NCBI RefSeq assembly: GCF_009914755.1
Contig: NC_060936.1
DNA length: 64,000 bases
Origin: the human T2T-CHM13v2.0 reference genome, Homo sapiens
Reading direction: 5' to 3' (one strand)
Shown here: piece by piece, positions 39,299-52,199 of the stretch
How positions within the stretch are numbered: position 1 is the first letter of the stretch
Layout of the letters: each line of letters begins with the position of its first letter
Position numbers and translations under genes: made by a program
The notes under the pieces: model-generated
What the model saw: the letters and a program-made list of their open reading frames with translations, nothing else
The model's database searches: none
What the model was told of the DNA's origin: nothing

Positions 39299-40549
39299 TT
39301 GGAAAGAAAAACACATATTGTGTTTTAGAAATAAGAATTTCAAGTATTGCATATAAAAGCTGCTGTATAATTATTCAATGTCTCAACAAAAGTCATTTAA
39401 TGAATGAGATTAAACCATAGATTATACAATAGAACTTTAAAACTTAGGTCATCACCATTGCTGTGTAGATAATTAATGTTTTACTTATGAGATGAGACAG
39501 TAAGAGAGTGAAAGGAAGAAATGAGCTCCTTAAATTTCTTTCAGTTCTTTGAATGTACAGTATATTAAATATATCTTTGTCACTTCTCAATTGAGTTTAG
39601 ATATATTATGTGGTTCCTATTAAGATTTCTTGCTTCTCTTCATTTTGCTTTAGTTTTCATGATTTAAAACTGTTTCTGTTCAAGTGGTTAATCAGAATGG
39701 TTGTTTGTTAGGTTAGTCACTGAGGCAAAAACTGTCTATGTGGAAATTACAAGGGAAAATTATGAAATTTATTCACTATCATAGTTCACTACTAAACTAT
39801 AGTAATTATAGTTTAACAATTTGCAGTTTTAATATGTAATGATAGAGTGTTTCATTGAAATTATTTAATAGGAAAATTCTGAGCCTCTTATTGTTACAAT
39901 AGGGATTTTGTTATTTAAAGCAATGGTAACTAGAGCAAATTTATTAGTTTTTCATTCCTGGAATGAGACATGAATATTTGAACATACTCTTTTATTGATA
40001 TGAACATAATTTAATATGGATGTATAATTTGTATATCATTTCCTCATGTAATAAATATGTCTTTTGTTTAAAATTGCAAAAAGGTTTTCTAGAGAGAATA
40101 TAATGGAAATAGTGACAATTATTCAAATCTAAAGTATTTTGAATTCAATTATCTACATTTTCAGAATGAATGTATAGTAAAGGGGCTCAATTCTCTAATC
40201 TCATATAAAACAATGATAAATTCTCTCAGAAGATTTAAGCAGTGATGAGGTGGAATGTTGCTATGCTGCTTATTGCCAAGAGTTCCACAGCTTCCCATCC
40301 ATTCTCCAGAATCGCATCTTCCATATTCCCTTTGACGAGTGACTTCCTGTTGGATTTTGCCAATGAACGCTTAAAATAACGTACATAAATATGTAGGTAG
40401 CATGTATGTATGCATATATGTATGTTTTGTGGTTTTTTGTTTCTAAGTTACCTCTGCTGTAGTCAGACAACAAATTCTGAATTATTTCAATGCTTTGAAA
40501 TCTGTTAAGACTTACCTTATTGCCTTACTAAGGTAAATGTCCCATGGAC

Positions 40550-40676
40550 TTTTGAAAATCATGCTTTTTTCTTTTTTTTTTTCATTTGCTAGTGGGCAGT
40601 TTTATTAACATAATCATGAGTCTAAAGAAACATGAGGACATTTCCAGGCGTTGATATAAAATGTTTTAATTTTACA
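40550..40676 (+). repeat. Copy 1 of a ~125-bp dispersed direct duplication
   Basis: AGTGGGCAGTTTTATTAACATAATCATGAG...TAAAGAAAC...GAGGACATT...ATAAAATGTTTTAATTTTA is shared with 43969-44091. Confidence 0.9.
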
Positions 40677-41776
40677 ACATGATACCAGGAGCAACGTTTA
40701 TAGTTCTGGTACTATATCTTGATAGATATTAACAAGTTAGAAAATATGCAGTATAGAATGGTACCTGAAGCTCTGTATAACTATGTGTGTTCCCTTCTCT
40801 ACATATTATGACTTTTAAATGTCTATCTGACCTATCCAGTTTCATTATTGTTCTTTATACTTGTGAATGATATAATTATGTAGCTCTGAGGATTTCACAA
40901 ATACATTTGCTTTATAACAAATATATGTCACTGTATCATTCATGCAGATATATTTTTAATTTTTGACAAATTTATACTTCAAAGATTACCGATAATGAAC
41001 TTCAAAATGTTTTTATTACCAATTTTTAAATGTATATCTAACCCAATCATTGTAACCAAAAATGCATACTCTACTATAGTTTATACTTTTTAAGTATATT
41101 TATAATGGCTGAAAAGACCAATTTTTAAAGGAATAATGTTAAACATAAGTAGTATTTTTGTAAATTTCCAGCTATGAAAAGCTGAGTATCAGATTAAAAA
41201 GCCTTAATCATCAGAGATTTAAGTTTACTGTGTTAAGAACCTCAATTTTTAAAACTATAAAAACACACTTATGTACTTTTGTTATTAATTCATTTTTTAA
41301 AATGAATTTCATTTTGATGAAAGAATAAAATGTATGAGCTATATTTTATATGGAAATTAAAGTTGTAATTATGTAACTTCTGTTGATACGTTAAGAATAC
41401 ATATTTTCATGTGATAGTCATTTTGAGGCAATTATCCAGAATTTCCTAGATACAGTAGTGGTTGTGTGGAAGCATACAAAAAAAAACCCAGAAAATCAAG
41501 GGTCATATAAGGAAGTCTACATTATAAAAAGAATTAATATTTGGGTGGCCAGATATATGAAAATTTATTGATAACACTAAACAGTAAATGTGTATAATTT
41601 CATCTACATATGTAGAGCACTAAATAATGAAAATAATTAAGATGTAGGATATTAAGCAAAAGATAATCTGTAGAAGGCCTAAGAATCCAAACGTCCAGAT
41701 ATAATGGGAAATATTTTCCACATAAAAATGAAGGACAACAGTCAGTAGTAACTCAGATACCTACATATGTCAAATA

Positions 41777-41840
41777 TTAATATTTAATCTCTTGACAAAA
41801 CCCCTCAGTTTTAATATTTAATCTCTTGACAAAACCCCTC
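41777..41840. repeat. Perfect 30-bp tandem duplication with a 4-bp spacer
   Basis: TTAATATTTAATCTCTTGACAAAACCCCTC at 41777 and 41811. Confidence 0.95.
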
Positions 41841-42984
41841 TAACAACAAAACAAGTAGTTTCAAGGTGGTATTCACATATTTGCTATAAAATTAAATGTC
41901 AAGATGTTTGACTGATTTCTCACGATTGACATCCAATAAATAGTGGTTTGTTTTGTGTGACTTGAGTATTAATATCCTAAAATCTGTTTGGGATTGTGAA
42001 AACTCAGTGTATAAAAGACAATGTTAAGAATATTAGGGAGAAAAGCAGACTAGAACTTTGCAACACTACATTTTAGGGTTGGTCTCCATCAACAAATATT
42101 ATGTGCATATTTATATGTATCAAAATATACATTTAAGTTGCTTCATTAATGGAGCAAACACCTTCAACTTTCTCAATCAACAATCAGGACAGATGTGACA
42201 AAATTAAGACAATATAAAACCATAGTCTTCATGATTTACTAAGTTTCCTGAAATATATTCTGGGAATTATTACTGTTGAGATAACTTTAGATCCTCAAAA
42301 TTAATTTAGTTAGAATTGCTTCTTATCTAATTTATGTATGTCACAAGTGCATCATTTAGAGCACTTAAAAATTAATACAATACTCAATACCGTGACTCAC
42401 TGAAGATTTATACTTCTGCTTCCTGAAACTTTTGTTATTACCTGAGACTAATGCGGCAAAAATGAACAGAAACCATTCATGTCTTTAGGATACATCAGAA
42501 TACAAGGAAAAGACTACTGGCTTGGGAATCAGAAATCTCCCTCAGACTCTACAGTCAAAATTATCTTTGAATCTTCACAAATACAAACATCCTGGCCCTC
42601 ACAGTTTTGTTACTTTTTCAAGGGGTGAGGGCTTTAGGTATTGATTTAATACCTATTTTATGTCCAACAAAATATTATCTCATGATAATTTTAGTCATAT
42701 CATATTAATATAAATAGAAAACTTATTAAATAATTTTCAAAAATATTTTGTTATAATGAAAATTATGAGAAATTTTTGTAAGAATTAGGCAAGTGTAGGC
42801 TTTATTTACTTTTTAAAAAATCTAATGCAGGTAGCCGATTTAATATTTTATTTTTTAACAGAAGGTAAACTATTAAAATAGGGATCATTAAAATGTTTTA
42901 AAGCTACACACAATATCTACCTTTTTAAACTTAACGAAAGTAGGGCTGTATTTAAAAATTAATTTTCTTTCAACTGTTCTTTCT

Positions 42985-43960
42985 TTAGGTAGTAACTAGA
43001 AAAGCCAGGTAATGTGATGTCTCCAACTTTATTATTATTTTTCAAGATTGATTGAGCTATTGTAGTTCCTTTGTGTTTCCATATAAATTTTGGAATCAGC
43101 TGTCAACGGTAAATTCTACAGAATTTCTTTCTTTTTTTTTTTTGATTTACATTTGAGTATTTTGCTTTTGGGGTAATTTTAAATGATTTTTTTTTTTAAA
43201 AATTATGTGTCCTTTTGTACCTTGCTAATATACACAAACACAATTGATTTAATGTGTTTGTCTTGTATCGTAAGATCTGCATAAACTCACTTATTAATTC
43301 TAGGAAGTTTATTTTGTTGATTTTAAAATAATTCTTGAATATTTTGCATAGATAATTATGTCAGCTGTGAATAGGAGAATTTTTAGTTCTGGCTGACCAA
43401 ACTATATGACTTTTATTTTGTTTTCTTGCTTTATTCCACTGGCTAGAACCTCCAGGAAAGGGTGAATGGAAGTGATAAGAAAAGTATTTGTATTACTCTT
43501 GATCTTAGGAGAAAAGCTTCCAGTTTTCACTATGAATTATAATGTTACCTTTATGTTTTTTGTAGATTCTCTTAATCAAGTTTTGAGAGTTGACTTCTAA
43601 AACTAGCTTGATAAGATTTTTTGGAATAAATGGGTATCATATTTTATCAATATTTCTTCTTTACATGTTTGGAAAAACTTGCCAGTGAAACCAATGGAAC
43701 CTGGCTATTTCTCTTTTTTTTTTTTCCAGGTTATACACTATTATTTAAATATCTTTAATAGTTCTAAGACTATTCAAGTTATCTACTTCATCTAAGGTAA
43801 ATTATAGTCATTGGTAATTTTCCAGGAATTGGTTCAATTTCTCTAAATTATTAAATTCTTTTACAAAGGTTGTTCATAATATTTTTCTATTGTTGTTTAA
43901 TATTTGTGGAGTTGACAGTGAAAACTGCTAGTTTTCCATTGTGCATATTAGTAATGTGTG
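42985..43960 (-). mobile_element. L1M ORF2 relic with internal deletions
   Basis: TTCCATATAAATTTTGGAATCAGC; AAACTCACTTATTAATTCTAG; GATCTTAGGAGAAAAGC; GCCAGTGAAACCA. Confidence 0.75.
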
Positions 43961-43968
43961 CTTACTAA

Positions 43969-44091
43969 TTTGAAAAGGATGCTTTTTTCTTTTCTTTTCA
44001 TTTGCCAGTGGGCAGTTTTATTAACATAATCATGAGCCTAAAGAAACACGAGGACATTCTAAGCATTGGTATAAAATGTTTTAATTTTATA
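43969..44091 (+). repeat. Copy 2 of the ~125-bp dispersed duplication
   Basis: Matches 40550-40676 with scattered substitutions. Confidence 0.9.
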
Positions 44092-44259
44092 TAATCTCTC
44101 TCTCTCTCTGTGATTCTTGGTACCCTTGGTACCAAAGAATGAACTTTCAGCTTCATTGCAAGTCTTTATTGTTATGTGATTTTGTGAAACCAACATTAAC
44201 TGAAAGTCAAGATAATTATTTGCAATAATTAAATTAGAATAGAAATAGCTTAAAATAAT

Positions 44260-44510
44260 GCCTTGCATGTAGCAAGCCCTAAATGAATACTAGCTTTATT
44301 TATTAACCTACATCATTTATTTAATTTTATGCTTCATGAAAAAAATCACATGAAGAAAATATTATCATCCTTATTTTATATTAAAAGCTGATAAGTTTGA
44401 GTTGCAGAGAGATTAAACACTGTGCCCAAATTTAACTTACTTAGGTAATGGAAGAAATAGGATTCAACTGCAAGCTATATAATACAAAACCCATACTCTT
44501 TCCACTAAAA
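44260..44510 (-). mobile_element. MIR SINE
   Basis: ATTATCATCCTTATTTTA...CAGAGAGATTAAACAC...GGATTCAACTGCAAG. Confidence 0.6.
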
Positions 44511-44614
44511 TAAACCCTTTATAATATTTAGAAACAACCTACCTTTTTCTTTTCAGATCTCTAAAAAGACAGGAATGAGAAACTGTAACAAAGCCATTAG
44601 TTCTTTTTCAGATA

Positions 44615-45148
44615 CAGTAGTCCCCTTCAATCTGAGGGAGATATGTTCCAAGACTGCCACTGCATGCCTGAAACCATAGATAGTACTGAACCATGTATAT
44701 ATATATTTACTATACATTCATACTTATGATAAAGATCAGTTTATAATTTAGGCACAGTAAGAGATTAACAATAACAACTAATAATAAAATGAAACAATTA
44801 TAACGATATGTCAGCATCACCACTCTTGCTCTTTGGGGTCATTATTAAGTAAAATAAGAGATATTTGAATACAAGCACTGTTATACCATGATCTGATAAC
44901 AGAGATGTCAACTAAGTGACTAAGAGTACTATGTACAGTGTTGCTATGCTGAAAAAAGGGATAATTCACATTCTGGGTGGGATTGAGTGGAATAGCACAA
45001 GATTTCATCATGCTACTTCAGAATGATGTGCACTTTAAAACTTAAGAATTTTTTTTCTAGAATATTCCATTTAATATTTTTGGACCATGGTTTGCTGCAG
45101 GTAACTGAGACCACAAAAAACTAAATCACAGATAAGGAAGGAGTGCTG
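44615..45148. mobile_element. MER44B (Tigger7-derived) DNA transposon
   Basis: TA-CAGTAGTCCCC...GGAGTGCTG-TA: terminal inverted repeats with TA TSD. Confidence 0.85.
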
Positions 45149-45159
45149 TATATTAATTA

Positions 45160-45990
45160 TTAATATGTCTACCAGTCTATGACTTGCCTATTTAATGGTG
45201 TTTTAGTTGAAAATTTTTTAAAGATTGCAATGTAGTACAATTCATTTTTTTATTTTTTATTGTTAGTGTTATGTATGTATGTTTGTATACACATCTTATT
45301 TTAAAAAATAAGATGCGTATATAACTCCCAGGTTGTGAAAATATTCTAAGTTTATCATATAGGAGTCTTATGGTTCTAGTATTTGTGAGAGTGTTTGTGT
45401 GTTGGGGGGGAGGTCTCCATCAAAAAATTTTTGGTATGGCATAAGATAATGGTCAAGATTTTTTTTTTGTGCATGTGCATAGTTACAGCATCATTTTCTA
45501 AAAATATTAGGTTGGTGCAAAAGTAATTGCAGTTTTTGCCATTAAAAGCAATGTATCTGTTTCTGAACTCTCTATTCTGTTTCATTGGTATGTACGTCTA
45601 CCTTGTGCCATATTGAAACCAGCGAATAAATATTATCTGAAATTATTCCTTTAAAAATTGTTTTGGCCATTATAGTTTATTTGCATTTCCAAATATATAT
45701 TAGAATCATGTCAATTTCCTCAAAAAAGCTTGCTGAAATTTTAATAGACATCTTATTCATTCATTATTTTGGTAGAACTGGCATTAAAAATATTGAATCT
45801 TCCAATACAGAAATGTGGTATACTTCTTTATTTATTTGGGACTTAACGTTTCATAGCAATATTTTGTGGCTTTCATTGTACATGTCAAATTTCTAGTCAT
45901 CTGGTGTTTTTTATGTTATTAAGGTGGCATTTTATAGTTTAATTTCCTAGTTGCTTGTTGCTTCTGTATCAAATATCAGTAAAATATTAA
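45160..45990 (-). mobile_element. Ancient L1ME relic
   Basis: TCTGAACTCTCTATTCTGTTTCATTGGT; TTGCTGAAATTTTAAT; ATTGAATCTTCCAAT. Confidence 0.7.
45507..45548. mobile_element. Half MADE1 (Hsmar1 MITE)
   Basis: TTAGGTTGGTGCAAAAGTAATTGCAGTTTTTGCCATTA is the Hsmar1 TIR. Confidence 0.85.
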
Positions 45991-46038
45991 TATTCATATC
46001 CATAGGTACAGAAAAAGAACTTAATAAAATTCAAGCAA

Positions 46039-46417
46039 TTCATGTAAAAAACACTTAGTGTATTAGTCTGCTTAGGCTGATATAACAAAATACCATAGAC
46101 TGAGTGGCTTACACAACAGACATTTATTTCTCACAGTTCTGGAGACAGGGCAGTCCAAGATCAAGGGGCTCACTGATTTGATTTCTGGCGAGGAATATTC
46201 TTCAAACTTGCAGACAGCTGCCTTCCTGATGTCCTCAAGTTGAGAGACAGAGAGAAAGCACTAGTATCTCTTCCTGTTCTTACAAAAGCACTAAGTCCAT
46301 CATGAGAGCCTTGTCCTCATTACCTCATCTAAACCTAATTATCCCTCAGACACTATATCTTCAAAAATTAGTGCTTCAACATTTTGAATTTTGGGAGATA
46401 CAATTCAGCCCATAGCA
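46039..46417 (-). mobile_element. MLT1A0-like solo LTR inside an old L1 ORF2 relic
   Basis: TGTATTAGTCTGCTTAGGCTG...ATACCATAGACTGAGTGGCTT...CAGCCCATAGCA; flanks CTTAG/ATTAG. Confidence 0.85.
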
Positions 46418-46436
46418 ATTAGCAAACTTCAAATTA

Positions 46437-46775
<339 letters not shown>

Positions 46776-47807
46776 CTACGCCCAAAATGCTGCATAAAAT
46801 ATATTATATATTTATGTTGAACAACTGAAACACTTCTCTCTAAAATTATGGATAAGATGCAGAGATTCACTATCTCCACTTATATTAAGAGCTATATAGA
46901 AGGTTCTACCTAGTTCAATAAAATAAGTAAAAGAAATAACAAGTATTATAATCGGAAAATAAAAAGATGTTTTAACACTGTCAACATAACACACAAAAAA
47001 TTTTACAGTCTTCACAGAAGATATTTTATAATGAATAATTTAGTGTAACAATTTTCTTGGATGCAATGTAAATATGGAAAATTATTTTATTTTATATATA
47101 GTTTCTTGTTTTTCAGTGTTCTTGGAAAAGGACACTGAGAAAATGCAGCTTCTAGAACAGAAAATAGCTGAATTAAAAAATTCACAGGATAGTATGTGGA
47201 TCGTATAAGAGCAGATTAGACACTGAAGGAGAAAATTGTGGTCACCTGAATAAATAGCAAGAGAAACTGTTCAACTGAAAGTGCAGGATGAAAAAAAATA
47301 AATAAATGAAGATAGCCTCTGTGACCATTGGAGAAAAGTAAAAGCACTGTTGCCTACGTATAATTGGAGTCCCAGGGGGAGAGGCAAAAATATCTGAAGT
47401 TATAATAGATAATAATACTTTTCAAATTTGATTAAAATATTAATGCCACCATGGTAGCTTTAAATATGTAACTAAAATTCTTTGACACTTTTTCTTTAAA
47501 GTGTTGGAGTACATATCTTTTCTCCTTAAATATGTTGGACTTAACTCTTTAAACCAACAGTATAGGGCAAGTGAAATTCTGTGATGTCTAGGATAAATGA
47601 TGAAGTTTTGCCTAATTCTTTTGTGATGCTTGCTCCAGGAGAAGCAAAGTTTATGTAAAAATCCTAATATATCCTCCTTCCACCATGCCATAGAGGCCTT
47701 ATGTACATGCTCTGGTAAACAACCCAGCTGGCTCCCAGCTGGCCACAAATTCCCATTGTTGGCTTTGTGAGTGAGCAAATTTAGACATCAACCTAGTTGG
47801 GGCTGTA

Positions 47808-50800
47808 TAGTCATGCGTCACTTAATGAAAGATATAGTCTGAGACATATGTCTGTGATGGTTAAAACTGAGTGTCAACTTGATTGGATTGAAGGATGCAA
47901 AGTATTGAACCTGGGTATGTCTATGAAGGTGTTGCCAAAGGAAATTAACATTTGAGTCAGTGCGCTGGGAAAGGCAGACCCACCCTTAATCTGGGTGGGC
48001 ACAAGCTAATCAGCTCCCAACACAGCTAGAATGTAAAGGAAGCAGAAAAACGTGAAAAGACTAGACTGACCTAGTCTCCCAGACTACATCCTTCTCCCAT
48101 TCTGGATGTTTCCTGCCCTTGAACATTGGACTGCAGGTTCTTCAGATTTGGAACTTGGACTGGCTCTTGTCGCTCCTCAGCTTGCAGGCAGCCTATTGAG
48201 GGAGCTTGTGATCATGTGAGTTAATACTTTAAAAACTCCCCCTTATTTATATGTATCTATCCTATTAGTTGTGTCCAACTAGAGGACCCTAATACAGGTT
48301 TTGGTATCAGGAGTGATTTTAGGAGAACAGAATATTAAGGGATGGGTTCTTTTGTTGGTTTTGGGGTTTCTGGAGTTGGCTGCTTAATATGATTAGACCC
48401 AAAAATGCTAAGGACTCTACTTCTAATAGTATGGAGAATGCTGATAGTCTTTTGTGTGAACTGTTTAGAGAGTTATGCACAAATAATGCATTTAACACTC
48501 CTGATTCACTGCTCATGAGAGGCAAGGAGCTTAGTGACCCTATTCATAATACCGTTGACCATATGTGAAGAGCCAAGGAACATAGTGAAGCTGGTTGGTA
48601 GATCCTAAGCTTAGTGGACAAAGTGATGAAAGAAAATGATGAACTCAGGGATTCTAATTCCCAGCTCCCGGAGAAGGCTCTGCAACAGGTCCAGGCTGCT
48701 GTGCAAGCTGCTCTTCCACTTGGGTCATAAGACCTAGCAGATCCAATGGTGCTTGGGGTGTCAGTGGCAGATAAGGATGCTGTTTGGAGCCTTTGGCTGT
48801 CCCCCATAGGCAAATCACAGCAGAGGCCTCTAGGATTTTAGAGCAAGGCCCTGCCATCTTCTGCAGATAACTACTCTCCTTTTGAGAGACAGCTCTTTGT
48901 CTGTTACTGGGCTTTGGTGGAAACTGAACCTTTGACTATGGGTCATCAAGTCACAATGTGAACCAAACTGCCTATAATGAACTGTGTGATTTCTAACCAT
49001 CTAGCCACAAATTGGTTCATGCACAGCAGCATTTCTTCATCAATGTAATGGGGCTCAGGCAGGTTCTGAAGGCACAAGTAAGTTACATGAGGAAGTGGCC
49101 CAAATGCCCATGGCCTCTACTCCTGCCACCCTGCCTTCTGTCCCCCAGCCTGCACCAATGGCCCCATGGGGAGTTCCCTATGATCAGTTGACAGAGGAAG
49201 AGAAGACTAGGGCCTGGTTCACAGATGATTCTGCACAATATGCAGGCATCACCCGAAAGTGGATAGCTGCAGCACTGCAGCCCCTTTCTAGGACATCTCT
49301 GAAGGACAGCAGTGAAGGGAAATCTTCCCAGTAGACAGAACTTTGAGTAATGCACCTGGTTGTGCACTTTGCATGGAAGGAGAAACGGCTAGATATGCAA
49401 TTATATATTAATTCATGGGCTGTAGCCAATTATTTGGCTGAATGGGCAGGGACTTGGAAAAAGCATGATTGCAAAATTGGCAACAAAGAAACTTAGGGAA
49501 GAAGTATGTGGATGGATCTCTCTGAGTGGTCAAAAACTGTGAAGATAATTGTATCTCATGTGAGTGCTCACCAACATGTGACCTCAGCAGAGGAGTATTT
49601 TAATAATCAAGCAGATAGGATGACCCATTCTGTGGACACCACTCAGCCTTTCTCCCCAGCAACCCCTGTCATAGCCCAATGGGTCCATGAACAAAGTGGC
49701 CATGGTGGCAGGAATGGGGGTTACACATGGCCTCAGCGACACGGACTTCCACTCACCAAAGCTGACCCGGCTAGGGCCACTGCTGAGTGCCCAATTTTCC
49801 AGCAGCAAAGACCAACACTGAGCCCTCCATATGGCACCATTCCTTGGGATGATCAGCCAGCTATCTGGTGGCAGGTTGATTATATTGGACCTCTTCCATC
49901 ATAGAAAGGGCAGAGGTTTGTCCTCACTGGAATAGACACTTACTCCAGATATGGATTTGCCTATCCCGCATGCCATGCTTCTGCCAAGACTGCCATCTTT
50001 AAACTCACAGAATGCCTTATCCACTGTCATAGTATTCCACACAGCATTGTCTCTGACCAAGACACTCACTTTACAGTTAAAGAAGTGTGGGAGTGGGCTC
50101 GTGCTCATGGAATTAACTGGTCCTACCATATTCCCCATCATCCTGAAGCAGCTGGGTTGACAGAATGGTGGAATGGCCTTCTGAAGTTACAATTACAATG
50201 CCAACTAGGTGACAATACTTTGCAGGGCTGGGACAAAGTTCTTCAGAGGGCTATGTATGCTCTGAATCAGTGACCAACATATAGTGCTGTTTCTCCCATA
50301 GCCAGGATTCATGGGTCCAGGAATTAAGGGTTGGAAGTGGAAGTGGCACCATTCATGGGTAGCAGAAGAAGGTACTCATCAATACTAGCTATAACCACAT
50401 GACCTGCTACAGAAATTAAGAGTGTAATTGTCATGAGTATTTCCTCTTTCTTTTGTTAAAAACATGTTTTTGCATGTATACACTTGTACTAAGGAAATAT
50501 CTTCATTTTATTTCTTTTTTATCATGTGACATAAGATTCATTGACTTCATATCAGCATTTAAGTATTGTTAACTTTATGTAATAGTATTTGGATTGGGGA
50601 TTGGTGCATTTCTGGTTGTAGAAAGGATAGGTGTATTATGTTAGGCATAAATATGACCTTACTATTGTCTTTATTTGAAGATTACTTATGATCTCAGGAG
50701 ATGTGTATGGGTTCAAGTTGACAAAGGGTAAACTTGTGATAGTTAATACTGAGTGTCAAGATTAAATTTAATGATACAAAGTATTGATTCTGGGTGTTTC

Positions 50801-51508
50801 TGTGAGGGTGTTTCCAAAGGAGATTAACATTTGAGTCAATGGGCTGGGAAAGGCAGACTCACCCTTAATCTGTGTGGGCACCATCTAATCAGCTGCCAGC
50901 AAGGCTAGAATATACAGCAGTAAAAATATGAAAAAACTAGACTGTCTTAGCCTCCCAGCCTACATCTTTCTTCCATACTGGACTCCAATTTCTTTAGTTT
51001 TTGGGACTCGGACTGGCTCCCCTTGCTCCTTAGCTTGCAGATGGCCTATTGTGGGACCTTGTGATCCTATGAGTTCATAATTAATAAATGCTCCTTTATA
51101 TATGTATATGTATCCTATTGGTTCTGTCCCTCTGGAGAACTCTGACTAATACAATGTCATTAGGCAATTTTTTCATTTTGTGAACATCCTAGAGTGTATT
51201 TACACAAATCTAGGTTGTATAACCTACTACACACCTAGACTATAATGGTATAGCCTATTGTGTTTAGGCTACAAGCCAGTAGAGCATGTTACTGTATGAA
51301 ATACTATAGGCAATTGTTACAAAATGGTATTTGGGTATTTAGACATAGAAAAGATAATGTGCTGCACTACAATGTTACAACAGCTACTACAATGGCTACA
51401 ACATCACTAGGCCATAGAGATTTTTCAGCTTCATTATAGTCTCATGGGACCACCATTTTGCATATTATCTGTCACTGACTGAAAATGTAGTTATGCAGCA
51501 TATGACTG
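47808..51508. mobile_element. MER7/Tigger3-derived DNA transposon split by HERV-L
   Basis: AGTCATGCGTCACTTAATGA left end; resumes TTAGGCAATTTT...CCTACTACACACCTAG; ends GCATATGACTG-TA. Confidence 0.85.
47853..51153 (+). mobile_element. Internally deleted HERV-L provirus with two MLT2A-type LTRs (47853-48296 and 50735-51153)
   Basis: TG...CA LTRs; 5-bp TSD ATGTC at 47848-47852 and 51154-51158; RNase H text (RAWFTDDSAQYAG) and integrase text (HEQSGHGG...ECPIFQ, WWQVDYIGPLPS, HHPEAAGLTEWWNGLLK). Confidence 0.95.
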
Positions 51509-52199
51509 TACATGTCTGCAACAAAAATAATCAGTTCATTGCAACCATATGAGATAACTCAAGCAGAAATAGCTGACCTTCTTGAATTTCTGAACTCTCA
51601 AAATCGTAAGCCAAATAAAATTGCTATTTGAAGCCATCAAGTTTGAGGTAATTTGTAATGTAGCAATAGAAGTTAAAATGCCCAAAGACACAAGAAATTC
51701 AACAAACCTTAAGCAAGATGCACAAAATAAACAAACCACATCAAGGCATATCTCAAACAGATTCCTGAAAACTCAATAGAAATGGAAAATTACATAAGGA
51801 GATGATGGAAAAAGATACACGTAGAATGGAAAACAAGGTAAGAGTCATCACTGATACCTTAAGGAACAGCAAACCAGAAGACAGTGGAACAACATGGTTA
51901 CTTTAACATGGTAAAAGAGAAAAATATCTGACAACCCAAAAAAAAGGTCTATGGAAAATGTAGGCAAAATGAAGACATTTTTACAGGAGGAAGAATTGAA
52001 TCAAATTGTTGCCATTAGATCTGCCCTACAATAATGTTATAGAAAGCACCGTGTGCTAAAGGAAAGTAATAGATGGAAATTTAGATCTACCCAAAAGAAT
52101 GAAGAGTGCTAGATATGGTACATCTGTGGTTTAATATTAAATACTTATTTTTTATTTAAAACATATCTTTAGAAGATAGCATGTCTTTAGGAGAAGATA

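Larger units (their letters stand above)
47450..51678 (+). mobile_element. MLT1G/H-like LTR in two halves (about 47450-47805 and 51510-51678)
   Basis: AAATTCTTTGACACT 5' motif; AAGCCATCAAGTTTGAGGTAATTTGTAATGTAGCAATAGA 3' motif. Confidence 0.7.
47140..52150 (+). mobile_element. Old L1 ORF1 relic in two halves (about 47140-47450 and 51680-52150); outer shell of the nested insertion
   Basis: AATAGCTGAATTAAAAAATTCA...ATAATTGGAGTCCCAG...TTTCAAATTTGAT, resuming CAAGAAATTCAACAAACC...CCAGAAGACAGTGGAACAAC. Confidence 0.75.

Noticed and set aside
42635-42656. Short palindromes such as TAGGTATT..AATACCTA (also near 39793)
   Set aside because: Stems of 8-9 bp are expected by chance in AT-rich DNA.
49095-50273. 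RNase H/integrase ORFs as a possible domesticated gene
   Set aside because: Broken by stops and frameshifts; ordinary HERV-L decay.
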